From sequence record PZ338877.1: 64,000 bases of DNA, one strand, 5' to 3'. The stretch comes from a phage. This document shows positions 29,191-46,533 of this stretch, one piece after another (the stretch's first letter is position 1; each line of letters begins with the position of its first letter). The notes under the pieces are model-generated. The model made no database searches. It worked only from the letters and a program-made list of their open reading frames with translations, and was not told the origin of the DNA. The translations under genes and the position numbers were made by a program.

Positions 29191-30339
29191 TTAAGCTGTT
29201 CTCTGCCATACATACAATACGAAGGATGGCTGTTCAACACTAAATGCTTGACCAGAACCAGTTGTACCAGTTGTACCAGAGTGTGAATGCTCACCTGCTC
29301 CGGTTACTGTTACTGTTGCTGAGTGGTTGTGGGAACCAATTGCAACAGTATGGCTGTGAGCACCAATACCAACCGTGTGATTATGCGCACCAATTGCTAC
29401 AGAGTGAGTGTGGTTGTTAGCTGTTGTCAATGTAGCTCTTGGGTCATAGCTTGCCCCCTCAACCGATAAACCTCTCCAGCCACCATCAGCATAGCCACGG
29501 TTAATGAATGTTGTTTGTGTTAAACCAGCAGAACTTGTTGTTCTGTTGCCATAGTCATAAGTAGATACGGTCTTGGTTCCGTAGTCAAACGTGGTAGTTC
29601 CTTTAGTACCATAATCAAAAGCACTGATAGAGGCCGTTGCACCATGAGTGTGACCACCACCAGTGACGTACACTGAGTGGGTATGTGCAGGGATGTTATT
29701 AACCGTCAGTGCAGTAGTCTGTGAACCAAACGTTGAACCAACTGGCCTAGAATCACTATCATAACCTACAAGTGCTCTCCCTTTTGAGACTAACTCCCAA
29801 GTACCTCCACAAATTAAATATGTAGAGGGGTTTGCAGGATTCATAGAGAGATGGATAGTACCTACTGGATAAGAAGCCTGAACAGCCTTGTACAAGTTAT
29901 TTACTGCTCTTGCTGTAGCATACTTATCTGCATCTTCATTATAAAGGTTAGATGTTGTCCAGTTCTGGACATTACTTAAACCAACCTGTGCCTTAGTTGT
30001 ATTGTGTGGGTTGCTCTTGTCATTAATATGCTCTTGAATAAGGCTATTAACCTCTTCTGAAGACATAATCTGGAGATTTTTTCTTGCCTCAGCTACATTA
30101 ACAATATCTGATAAGTTATTTGCAGCGACTAACTGAAGAGCATTAATAACATTATCTAAACCAATTTGTGTCTTAGTAACACCATGAGGGTTATTTCTTA
30201 GGCTTGAGTGTGGAGCAAGTAATTGCTCAAGAGTACATCTCTTATCCTCAATACCCTGCTTAAGATGGAAGATATCACTAAGGTCAATTGGTAAGGCTGC
30301 TTGAGGCAAGGCACTAATTTGAATTTCACCTACTGCCAT
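29191..30339 (-). CDS. tail fibre / receptor-binding protein with HxH-rich tip
   Basis: 382 aa; C-terminal HTHSV...GAHNHTV...GAHSHTV repeats and C-terminal end homologous to long fibre. Confidence 0.65.
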   Translation of the reverse strand: MAVGEIQISALPQAALPIDLSDIFHLKQGIEDKRCTLEQLLAPHSSLRNNPHGVTKTQIGLDNVINALQLVAANNLSDIVNVAEARKNLQIMSSEEVNSLIQEHINDKSNPHNTTKAQVGLSNVQNWTTSNLYNEDADKYATARAVNNLYKAVQASYPVGTIHLSMNPANPSTYLICGGTWELVSKGRALVGYDSDSRPVGSTFGSQTTALTVNNIPAHTHSVYVTGGGHTHGATASISAFDYGTKGTTTFDYGTKTVSTYDYGNRTTSSAGLTQTTFINRGYADGGWRGLSVEGASYDPRATLTTANNHTHSVAIGAHNHTVGIGAHSHTVAIGSHNHSATVTVTGAGEHSHSGTTGTTGSGQAFSVEQPSFVLYVWQRTA

Positions 30340-30341
30340 TA

Positions 30342-38360
<8,019 letters not shown>

Positions 38361-38361
<1 letters not shown>

Positions 38362-38600
38362 TACATTTTTCCTGCTCTTCTAAGTTCGTTGTAAGCAATT
38401 TCCTCTTTATACGACCTCTGAATTTCAAGAAATTGTCTCAATGATAATAAATCAGAGAATGTCATAGCAAAGAGTTGGTCAAGTGTTTCTTTACACCCTT
38501 CCATACCATAAATAGCAAGCACAAATTTCATCTCGTCTGCTTCTTCATAGGTTGCCTCTACAGCAGCATCAGTCAGTGGTGTCTGTAGAGTGTTACCCAT
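38361..38600 (-). CDS. tail assembly chaperone, frameshift extension (T part of G-T)
   Basis: 79-aa ORF in -1 frame relative to upstream chaperone; reachable by -1 slip at UUUUUUC. Confidence 0.6.
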
Positions 38601-38602
38601 GT

Positions 38603-39001
38603 TTACTGAGAAGTTAGGCTTTTGAAAATGCTTGCTTCGAAAAAACTTCCGAAGTTTGCCTCCAGCGCAAATGCTAAGTAATCAATAAATTCACCATAGT
38701 TTGCTTGGAAGTATGTATCAATATTGAGTGGGAAGTCATCAACAGTTGCCCCTTGAAATAGCAGGGTAGCCATTTCTTCTAGGTTAATTTCCTCAATTCT
38801 GTCAAAACAAGCTTCAACAAGTTCTTTAAATGGAACCATTGGAGCTTCTTTCTTATCTTTATCCGTCAGACTTGATAGCATCTGTGCAAATGTTGGAACA
38901 ACAATTTTACCCAACTTCATAGACATCTTAATACCGTCTCTTGCCCCAAGCAGAATGATATTTACTTTCTTACCATTAATTACTCTAGATTCTGTTTTCA
39001 T
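38603..39001 (-). CDS. tail assembly chaperone (G-like)
   Basis: 132 aa between tail tube and tape measure, contains slippery site near 3' end. Confidence 0.65.
   Translation of the reverse strand: MKTESRVINGKKVNIILLGARDGIKMSMKLGKIVVPTFAQMLSSLTDKDKKEAPMVPFKELVEACFDRIEEINLEEMATLLFQGATVDDFPLNIDTYFQANYGEFIDYLAFALEANFGSFFEASIFKSLTSQ
38639..38645 (-). promoter_or_regulatory. programmed -1 ribosomal frameshift slippery heptamer U_UUU_UUC
   Basis: heptamer in zero frame (codons UUU UUC = FF of ...GSFFEAS) 12 codons before stop of 132-aa ORF; -1 frame continues without stop into 79-aa ORF. Confidence 0.6.
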
Positions 39002-39030
39002 TGTGATTCCTTAATACTTTTAAAAGAAAC

Positions 39031-39062
39031 AAAAAAGGGGAAGACCTTTTAAAGTCTCCCCC
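39031..39062 (-). terminator. rho-independent terminator after tail tube gene
   Basis: stem GGGGAAGAC/GTCTCCCCC with U-tract on minus strand. Confidence 0.55.
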
Positions 39063-39074
39063 TTATAGGATTTA

Positions 39075-39521
39075 TTAAACACTTGACGCTGGAATTGTAG
39101 AAGTGTAGTCTAGCTTCTCACAACCAAAAATCCAAGTTTTAGAGTTCTGGTCACGACCAAGTTCAATCTGTGGCAATTCCTGCAACCAAGCATTAATACC
39201 AGTTGCCAGAACAGAGCCTGATGGGTCGTAGATTACGAAGTTAGAAGAGATATCTTCTTCAAGTTCCATATTGTCTTGTTTAGCTTGAATTGCAGAAAGC
39301 ATCTGGTTAGAGAGAGAAGTCTGCATTAGCTCAATCTCAATAGTACCTGTCTTGTCTGCATTTCTTGTCAGAGCAACTTGACCACCTGCACCTACAACTG
39401 GTGTAATAAGTGGTGATGTTCTCTGTAGACGTAAGAATGAGTCTGGGGCAAAGCCTTCAATAGCAATGCCGTTCCAGCTACATACAACGTCTTTAGGGGA
39501 ATATTGCTGATACATAGCCAT
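39075..39521 (-). CDS. tail tube protein
   Basis: 148 aa directly downstream of sheath gene, followed by terminator. Confidence 0.6.
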   Translation of the reverse strand: MAMYQQYSPKDVVCSWNGIAIEGFAPDSFLRLQRTSPLITPVVGAGGQVALTRNADKTGTIEIELMQTSLSNQMLSAIQAKQDNMELEEDISSNFVIYDPSGSVLATGINAWLQELPQIELGRDQNSKTWIFGCEKLDYTSTIPASSV

Positions 39522-39536
39522 TCCAATTTACCTCTA

Positions 39537-40889
39537 TTATTCGTAAGCCACTGTACCTTTCAAGTCAACATCCAAGATAGCACCTGCTAAGATACCTGCG
39601 AAGGTAACGTCTTTCAGGATACGAGCTTTCTTGTCTGCCAAAGCAACTTGAGAGGCTTTAGGAACATTAACTGTGTAAGATGACAGGAAGTTTCTGTTAA
39701 CTGCTCTTTGTAGAGAGGTTTCAATGACTTGACGAATACGGGTAATACCAGTATCATCATAAGTAATCTTACCACCCTTCTGATTAATTAGCAAGTCTCT
39801 CAGAGAAGTTTTCAGGTCTGATTCTAACCAGTCAACACCACGGATGATGTCAATCCATTCCCCACCAGAAGTAATCCCTCTACGAACCACTGGAACACCA
39901 CCATCAAGGTCAATAAAGTTACAGTGACGTGCATCTAAAGCAGACTTCTGAATACTTGTCAGAGGTCTCTGATTAGATGGCTGTAGAGAAGCAGTTACAC
40001 CAGTTAACTGCGCATTACCCCAAGCAATTGAACCTGCATCATATGGAGCACCATAAGCAATGTATGCCATCTCTGGATAATCTTCTGCCGCTGTGTGATG
40101 CCACAAACAAACTGTACGAGTGTACATATTCTTAGCAAGCTGTGCTGGGACATCATTTGCACTAGCCAATTCTGTACCTTGTAGTGCTGCTACATCAGAG
40201 TTAGCCGTGAAGAAGACTTTCTTACGAGCCTGAATCTCGGAAGCCATTGCTAAGACAAACTGTTGAGTTCTATCTTCTGCTGCAATGAAATACCAGTCGG
40301 TAGAGTAAGTTTCGATGGCTGCCAGAGCAGTTGATGCTGTATCAGCAGTTGTACTTGCAACATATACAGTCTGTGCTGTAGTTGTTACTTTCACAAAGTC
40401 ATTATCACCAGCTTTGGTAATAATCATTGTGGCAGAACCATTGCTACCAGTTACGTTCACAGAAACCTTATCTTTGATTGTTGGGTCAGCTTCAATCTGT
40501 GTTTTAAACTGTTGCAACACGTTTTCAGCAGTGTCTTCAGATTGTGCTGTATACTGATATGGTTGAGAAATTCCACCGCCAGCAGCTACAGTAATTGAGT
40601 AGTCTGTACTTTCAGTAACGGCATTAGGAATTGATACAGTGTACTGCATAGCACGTCTACCAATATAAAGCTGAGTTACTTTAGGAGTCTGACTCCAAAG
40701 TTGTTTAGCAGCCTTATATGCAGCAGTATTCTCATCGAAATCTTCAGCAACTTCAGTTAAGGAAGTGTAACCACGAACTCTTTCTTCAAAATTATCTGTT
40801 GAAGCTAAGAATAGTGGCAAACCAAAACCTTCTCTTGTAGTTCCTGCGGTGTTCAATGTAATATCTACATTAACAATTGGATTCCACAT
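39537..40889 (-). CDS. tail sheath protein
   Basis: 450 aa, position upstream of tube; sheath-like size. Confidence 0.65.
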   Translation of the reverse strand: MWNPIVNVDITLNTAGTTREGFGLPLFLASTDNFEERVRGYTSLTEVAEDFDENTAAYKAAKQLWSQTPKVTQLYIGRRAMQYTVSIPNAVTESTDYSITVAAGGGISQPYQYTAQSEDTAENVLQQFKTQIEADPTIKDKVSVNVTGSNGSATMIITKAGDNDFVKVTTTAQTVYVASTTADTASTALAAIETYSTDWYFIAAEDRTQQFVLAMASEIQARKKVFFTANSDVAALQGTELASANDVPAQLAKNMYTRTVCLWHHTAAEDYPEMAYIAYGAPYDAGSIAWGNAQLTGVTASLQPSNQRPLTSIQKSALDARHCNFIDLDGGVPVVRRGITSGGEWIDIIRGVDWLESDLKTSLRDLLINQKGGKITYDDTGITRIRQVIETSLQRAVNRNFLSSYTVNVPKASQVALADKKARILKDVTFAGILAGAILDVDLKGTVAYE

Positions 40890-41489
40890 TTATTTTACCC
40901 CTTTGGAGTCTACATCTAGATGGATAGTATATTCTGGTGGCTCTTGTCCTTCTTCATAAACCAACTCACCATCAACAATGACACGCTCAATAATACTTCC
41001 ACGTTCATCTTTCAGGACTGAGTTTTTTACAAGTGTTACAACAAGAGGTGCAGAATTTTCGAAATCTGTATTGAGATAAGTATAATCATTTGGGATTGCT
41101 CCAGTGTCTAGCACTGTAGCTCCTGTTTCTTCAAGGATTAAATCTCTGACTGAACTCATCTCTAATCGTTGTTTAAGCTCAAGCATAATACTGTGAGCAC
41201 CTTTACCATTTACCGTAATCAATACAGGAATCTGAAAAGCAATTCTGTAACAAACTACATCATCCTCAACAAACTTATCAAGAACCCAACCATAAGGTGT
41301 TGCAGCATCTTGACAGTATACGGTGATAAATGGTTGGTCAGGTTTTAAACCTTTGTCATTTGAGTTATCAGAAGGGTAAGCTCTAATTACGTTTGGCCTA
41401 TTATTTTTATCACGAGCTAGTCTGTGACCAATAACATCCACTAAGGTTCTAACTAGACCTTTTTCAAGTTCTGCTGTTTCTAACTGCAT
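40890..41489 (-). CDS. tail completion / neck protein (putative)
   Basis: 199 aa between head and tail modules. Confidence 0.35.
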   Translation of the reverse strand: MQLETAELEKGLVRTLVDVIGHRLARDKNNRPNVIRAYPSDNSNDKGLKPDQPFITVYCQDAATPYGWVLDKFVEDDVVCYRIAFQIPVLITVNGKGAHSIMLELKQRLEMSSVRDLILEETGATVLDTGAIPNDYTYLNTDFENSAPLVVTLVKNSVLKDERGSIIERVIVDGELVYEEGQEPPEYTIHLDVDSKGVK

Positions 41490-41865
41490 TCATTTTATCC
41501 CTTCTAATAATGATATATTCGTAATGGGACGTATGGGCTAATTGTTGTGACCAATCCATAGTCATAAATACTTCATACTCATGACCATCAATCATAACAA
41601 TGTCAGACTCATTCCACTCTACATCATCTGAAGTTCTAAGTTTATATGTAGTATACAGGATTCTTGTATCGGTGAGTCTAATACCTTCCGGTAAAGCAAT
41701 CTGTGTACCGTTCTTTACAGAACCTTTGATGTATGGCTGAATATTACCTTTGCAGTTAACCTCAACAATATCTTGTGAAGATACCCAATCACCATCATCA
41801 TTATAATAACCGTCTTCAGAGACTTTACGCTTTACTACAAAGCTGTGTCTGTTTAAGAGTCTCAT
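41464..41865 (-). CDS. head-tail joining protein (putative)
   Basis: 133 aa, ATGA overlap with upstream gene. Confidence 0.35.
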   Translation of the reverse strand: MRLLNRHSFVVKRKVSEDGYYNDDGDWVSSQDIVEVNCKGNIQPYIKGSVKNGTQIALPEGIRLTDTRILYTTYKLRTSDDVEWNESDIVMIDGHEYEVFMTMDWSQQLAHTSHYEYIIIRRDKMNAVRNSRT

Positions 41866-42344
41866 TTTTTAATACCCTTCTTAGTAGAAATTTTATAAGC
41901 AAGGTTCTCCCTTAAGTCACCTGTCTCAACAAGAGGTGCGTTAAAACCTTTTTTCTTGACTGTGGAAGGTGCGTTAGGAGGGAGGATAGCAGAATTACCA
42001 AAACCTCTTTTAATTGCCTTTTGAGCATTCTTTGCAAATGCTTCTAAGGTATCTGAAGGGTCTGTGTTGAGACTGCTAAGTTGCTTATATAGATTCTTCT
42101 TAGTCTGCTCTAACAAGGTCTGTCTGTTTAGCATCATAGTGATTTCAAACAACCTACGATATACTTTACCAGAAGCTGAGGGAACCCCAATAACTTCTTG
42201 TAAATACATTAAAGCAGGATAAGAAAAACCAGAGCTATGTTGACCTTGTTCTTGAAAATACCCAACTTGAGCATTAGCCGTTTGCAAGTTCTTCATAGCC
42301 CCGACTAATTTTGCTCTAGCGGGGTGAATAACCCTTTTAACCAT
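41862..42344 (-). CDS. head-tail adaptor / virion morphogenesis protein (putative)
   Basis: 160 aa. Confidence 0.4.
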   Translation of the reverse strand: MVKRVIHPARAKLVGAMKNLQTANAQVGYFQEQGQHSSGFSYPALMYLQEVIGVPSASGKVYRRLFEITMMLNRQTLLEQTKKNLYKQLSSLNTDPSDTLEAFAKNAQKAIKRGFGNSAILPPNAPSTVKKKGFNAPLVETGDLRENLAYKISTKKGIKK

Positions 42345-42793
42345 TATTCATCTCGCTCGATAATAAATACGCCATTAACACGGTTGCAGTAATCTCTGCC
42401 TTCGTATCTGGCAGCATCACCATATTCTGTGTATTTCTTGACAGAGCAAGGATTCTGACGACGCATGTCAATGTCACACTGATTAATACCACCTGCATAT
42501 GGCAGTCCTGAAACAGAGCTTTTAACAAGGTCGTCATAAACAGCTTTCAGAGATTTGAATCTGGAAGAGTTACGTAAATAAACACCACCAACCTTCTCAT
42601 CTCCCATCTTGGCTACTTGAAAGAGTAAATATTTAAGAGCTTTGATGGCTGCTTTCTTTTCATCCTTTCCAGATTCTAGATAGAACCACTCTAGCACAGA
42701 CTGCTCAATAAGAATCTCATCATTATTGGTGTCTGTGCAGAGGATTCTTACTCTATCAAGAGGGTTATTGGCTGGGTCGCCTGTATAACACAT
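42344..42793 (-). CDS. head completion / connector protein (putative)
   Basis: 149 aa downstream of major capsid. Confidence 0.4.
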   Translation of the reverse strand: MCYTGDPANNPLDRVRILCTDTNNDEILIEQSVLEWFYLESGKDEKKAAIKALKYLLFQVAKMGDEKVGGVYLRNSSRFKSLKAVYDDLVKSSVSGLPYAGGINQCDIDMRRQNPCSVKKYTEYGDAARYEGRDYCNRVNGVFIIERDE

Positions 42794-42813
42794 TCATAAC
42801 CCTCCTAAATTTA

Positions 42814-43920
42814 TCAGCCACCTTTAGCGTCAGCACGAACATCTACCAGCAACTGAGGACGAGTACAGTATGGCAGCATGTAAGAGTGAGCTTCGAAGTC
42901 AATACCTTCGTCACGGTCTTTTTCGTATTCGAATACGTACAGTTCCTGACCAAGTGTATTTGCATAACCCATCTTAGGACATGGGCCATATGCCACTTCG
43001 AAGATGTTGTTTGCTTCACCCAGCATAGAAACGTTAGGGAAAGCATGGCCTACACCAACAGTTGCTGCTACGCTATCAATGCTCACCAGAGTGTGAACCT
43101 TACCACGCTTGTCTTTGAACTTACCGTTGTACTGGACAAACTTAACACCACCGTAGTAGAAAGTGTTCATATGAGCCTGAACGCCGTCAGTACCACCAGT
43201 TCTCAGAGAACCAGTAATCTGTTGCCAAGCCAGTGGAGTCTGCTGTGCAAGATAAGCGTCACGAATCTTAGGATGCTTAACCAGTTTGCTGAAGAATACA
43301 CGGTCAACAACTACGTGAATTTCTTCACCGTTGATTACAGTGCCAGTCTTCGCTTCGTCTTCCATGTGCATACGCAGTTCTTCAATAGATGCGTCGATGT
43401 CAGCATTAGGGTTGTCAAGGTCGAAGTAAACAGTCTTCTTCTCAACGTCGAACTGCTTGTACAGGTCAGCATACAGCGTACCACGAGCATCAACAACTTT
43501 ACCCTTCAGAGCTTGCATAAATAGGAACTCACGAGTAATATCGAACTTGGTACGAATCTTCATCAGCTTCTTAGCACGTACTACAGCTTCAGTAGTCAGT
43601 TCGTTTGCAGTGCCTGGCTGACGTACACCCTGAATTTCATCAGGAGTGATGCTTTCAACTTCTTTGAAGTACATCATTGGGAAGCTGATTTGACGAACAC
43701 GCTCAGGTGCGCTAGTCTCTGCTTTACGGCTATCACGGTCTACCGCATCAAGCAAGCTAACATCCCAATCAGTCAAGTCCATAAGGAAAGTAGTTTGGGT
43801 GATTGGTGCTGAACGGAACAGACCTAAGTTGGAAATATACCCATAAGTATTTGGGATAGACTGGACTTCACCAGTCAGGTCAGCAAGGAAAAATCTGCTT
43901 TTTTCAGAATTAGTCAACAT
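42814..43920 (-). CDS. major capsid protein
   Basis: 368 aa, downstream of protease/scaffold and decoration-like gene. Confidence 0.7.
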   Translation of the reverse strand: MLTNSEKSRFFLADLTGEVQSIPNTYGYISNLGLFRSAPITQTTFLMDLTDWDVSLLDAVDRDSRKAETSAPERVRQISFPMMYFKEVESITPDEIQGVRQPGTANELTTEAVVRAKKLMKIRTKFDITREFLFMQALKGKVVDARGTLYADLYKQFDVEKKTVYFDLDNPNADIDASIEELRMHMEDEAKTGTVINGEEIHVVVDRVFFSKLVKHPKIRDAYLAQQTPLAWQQITGSLRTGGTDGVQAHMNTFYYGGVKFVQYNGKFKDKRGKVHTLVSIDSVAATVGVGHAFPNVSMLGEANNIFEVAYGPCPKMGYANTLGQELYVFEYEKDRDEGIDFEAHSYMLPYCTRPQLLVDVRADAKGG

Positions 43921-43953
43921 TGTAAAATTCTCCAGAATGTCTTATTATTGTTA

Positions 43954-44331
43954 TTACAGGCCAGTTGGTACGAAATCAATACCTTTAGCAGCCAGAGCTT
44001 TCTTGACTTCAGTAGCGTCAACGCTTGATTCAAGAGTCAGCATGTCTTTCAGTTCTGCGTCACGGTAAATACCAACAACTTTCAACTGACCATGATAAGA
44101 CAGTTGCAGGTCTGCGTAGAAATTAACGATACATACAGAGTCTGCTTGGGCTTCTTCTCCAGCTTGTACCTTAGTACCATCTGCTTTCAGAACTTCGCCT
44201 ACACGGTATTCTGTAGATGCCTGTGGGGTGTACTCTTTACGAGAGTGGCCTGTTGGGGTAACCTGTTCCCAAAGAATGATATCATTCAGAGGTTCTCTTT
44301 TACCTAACTTAGTAAAACCTTGATATGCCAT
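43954..44331 (-). CDS. head decoration / scaffold-associated protein (putative)
   Basis: 125 aa between protease and capsid genes. Confidence 0.35.
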   Translation of the reverse strand: MAYQGFTKLGKREPLNDIILWEQVTPTGHSRKEYTPQASTEYRVGEVLKADGTKVQAGEEAQADSVCIVNFYADLQLSYHGQLKVVGIYRDAELKDMLTLESSVDATEVKKALAAKGIDFVPTGL

Positions 44332-44342
44332 TATTGTGTTCC

Positions 44343-45689
44343 TTATTTGATAAGAGATTTTAGAGCATTCTGGAGAGCCAGTTTGCGTTGTTCAGCGGTG
44401 TCTTCGGAAGCATTCTTAGCTGGTTCTTTTTCTTCTTCAACCAAATCAGCTTCGCCGTCATTACCCACTTCTTCCATAGCGTTGGAATGTTCAAGAACAG
44501 CACCAGCAGTTTCTTTCAGCTTGGTAATTTCTGATTCTTTTTCTTCCATTGCAGAAGCATGGGATGCGATAGTTTCATTAAGTTTCTGGTTAGCACCTTC
44601 CATAGCATTCATAAACAGAACACTCAGAGGGTTATCAAGACCAGCACCTAAAATAGTCGTTGCAGCTTCTTTTGCATCAAATCCAAAAGCTTCAGCAGAA
44701 GCAGAAATCTTATTAGTCAAATCTGACAAAGCAGCTTCCTGTTCTTTAGCTTTCATTTGAGCAACCTGAAGACGCAAAGCTTCTAGTTCTTGCTTTTCTT
44801 GTTCAGTCATTTCTTCACCTGAATTGTTAACGTTTAAACTTACAGGAGCCTCTTCAGAACCTTGTAAGTAATTTAAGAAATCATCTTGAGACATGATTGA
44901 GTTAATTAAACCAAGTTCAAGAGCTTCCTGAGCAGAATAAACATTCGCCTCAGTATTCTTTACAGCTTCTTCAGAGAGATTACGAGATTCAGCTACAAAA
45001 CCTGTGAAGGTTGCGTAGGTATCATTAATTCTCTTTTGAAGTCTTTCTTTGCTTTCTTCTGAAAGTGCTTGGAATGGTGAACCCATACCTTTAAACTCAC
45101 CAGCTTTGATGACGTTAATTGTTACGCCATTCTTTTCAAATGCCTTAGTCAATTCCTGATGAACCATGATTACACCAATAGAACCAACATCTGCATCTGG
45201 TGATGCAATAATTTCTTCAGCAGAAGATGCAAGAGCATATGCAGCGGAACAAGCGAACTCATCTACATAAGCAATAATTTTCTTTTGGCCTCTTGAAGCC
45301 ATAATGTGACGTGCTAATTCAAAGCAACCTGAAGCTTCACCACCACCAGAATCAATATGCAGAACAATAGTCTTAATTGACTCATCTGCTAAAGCTTCGT
45401 CAAAGCCTCTACGTAAACCTTCATAAGAGCTTAAACCACCTGTACACATTGCATCAATGAATGTCATACGATGAGTTAAACCACCCATAATAGGAATAAT
45501 AGCAATGTCATCTTTTACTTTTAAAAGACTTCTTGCTTCACCTTTGGGTTTATCAAAGTTTACTGCTGCTTGGACATCACCCAGCAATCTGTTATTCACA
45601 TAAGTTGCTGCTGAGTGAGCTAATGATTCAGTGGCTAGTAAAGGTTGGTTGAATAATCTATCAGCAAGTCTGAAGATATTCGAACTCAT
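44343..45689 (-). CDS. prohead protease (S49/ClpP-like) fused to scaffold-like C-terminal domain
   Basis: 448 aa; protease-like N-terminal domain (GGGEASGCFELA, SAAYALA) and C-terminal coiled-coil Glu/Ala/Lys-rich region. Confidence 0.65.
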   Translation of the reverse strand: MSSNIFRLADRLFNQPLLATESLAHSAATYVNNRLLGDVQAAVNFDKPKGEARSLLKVKDDIAIIPIMGGLTHRMTFIDAMCTGGLSSYEGLRRGFDEALADESIKTIVLHIDSGGGEASGCFELARHIMASRGQKKIIAYVDEFACSAAYALASSAEEIIASPDADVGSIGVIMVHQELTKAFEKNGVTINVIKAGEFKGMGSPFQALSEESKERLQKRINDTYATFTGFVAESRNLSEEAVKNTEANVYSAQEALELGLINSIMSQDDFLNYLQGSEEAPVSLNVNNSGEEMTEQEKQELEALRLQVAQMKAKEQEAALSDLTNKISASAEAFGFDAKEAATTILGAGLDNPLSVLFMNAMEGANQKLNETIASHASAMEEKESEITKLKETAGAVLEHSNAMEEVGNDGEADLVEEEKEPAKNASEDTAEQRKLALQNALKSLIK

Positions 45690-45700
45690 TTTTACTCACC

Positions 45701-46033
45701 CTATTTGTTTAAATCTACAGAGACTGAAGAGATAACATAGATACCTTCTTCAGCAAAGAATTGAGGTTTGCTAAGAGCACCAGTTGCCACGCATTTATTG
45801 TTAGCATCCCACAAGCTATAGTGTGAGACCGTTGCAGAAGCTGGGACAGTAATATTAACTGTGTCTTCTGAGGCAATTAAGCCATTATCCGGTTCAGAAA
45901 AATAAATAGCCACTGGCTGAGTAACCTTATTTGCTGTAGGGTCTGCCGTTGGGTCTACATTGTGTAAAATAATAGTCGTTGGGGTTAGCGTGGCGAGGAT
46001 TTTATTCTTACCATCAATAGTTAATGTTCCCAT
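45701..46033 (-). CDS. hypothetical head protein
   Basis: 110 aa. Confidence 0.4.
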   Translation of the reverse strand: MGTLTIDGKNKILATLTPTTIILHNVDPTADPTANKVTQPVAIYFSEPDNGLIASEDTVNITVPASATVSHYSLWDANNKCVATGALSKPQFFAEEGIYVISSVSVDLNK

Positions 46034-46533
46034 TAATTAAACCTTACTTTTTGTTTAAGGACTGTTGAATGGTTACCAGATTCATCTACCACATTTACAA
46101 TCATATCATATACTTTACCTTTGACAAGTACTTTGTAATCATTTTGTGAAAAAATGTATTCAAGTCTGTTTGTTTCTTTATTAACTGTCATTGGAGATTG
46201 AAATGCAGTGTCGAGGGTAATGAAAGCGGCTTCAATGCTATTAACATTGATACGTTTATTCTCGCAGTTATATAACTTTACACCCAAAAGGCATGAACTG
46301 TCAAATGGAATTTTAACAATTTCACTACAATTTCCTGAAATAAACGGTTTTCCACTCATTGGTGCATCAAGTAACCTACAAATAGTGAAAACGTCAGAGA
46401 TTCCACCATCACTAACATAACCTGAAAGGCTGACCCTTGAGCCAGCCTCTACAGATAGCTTATCAGTAATGATAAGGACACCTCTATACGAATGCACTCG
46501 TGTAGCATTTGAAATAGAGATAACTTCAGCCAT
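46033..46533 (-). CDS. hypothetical head protein
   Basis: 166 aa. Confidence 0.4.
   Translation of the reverse strand: MAEVISISNATRVHSYRGVLIITDKLSVEAGSRVSLSGYVSDGGISDVFTICRLLDAPMSGKPFISGNCSEIVKIPFDSSCLLGVKLYNCENKRINVNSIEAAFITLDTAFQSPMTVNKETNRLEYIFSQNDYKVLVKGKVYDMIVNVVDESGNHSTVLKQKVRFN

Noticed and set aside
42886-43524. 212-aa plus-strand ORF
   Set aside because: Lies entirely antisense inside the major capsid gene; low-complexity composition and no RBS or context; the minus-strand structural gene explains the region.
44320-44760. 146-aa plus-strand ORF
   Set aside because: Antisense within the protease/scaffold gene; Ser/Ala-rich mirror of the coiled-coil coding strand.
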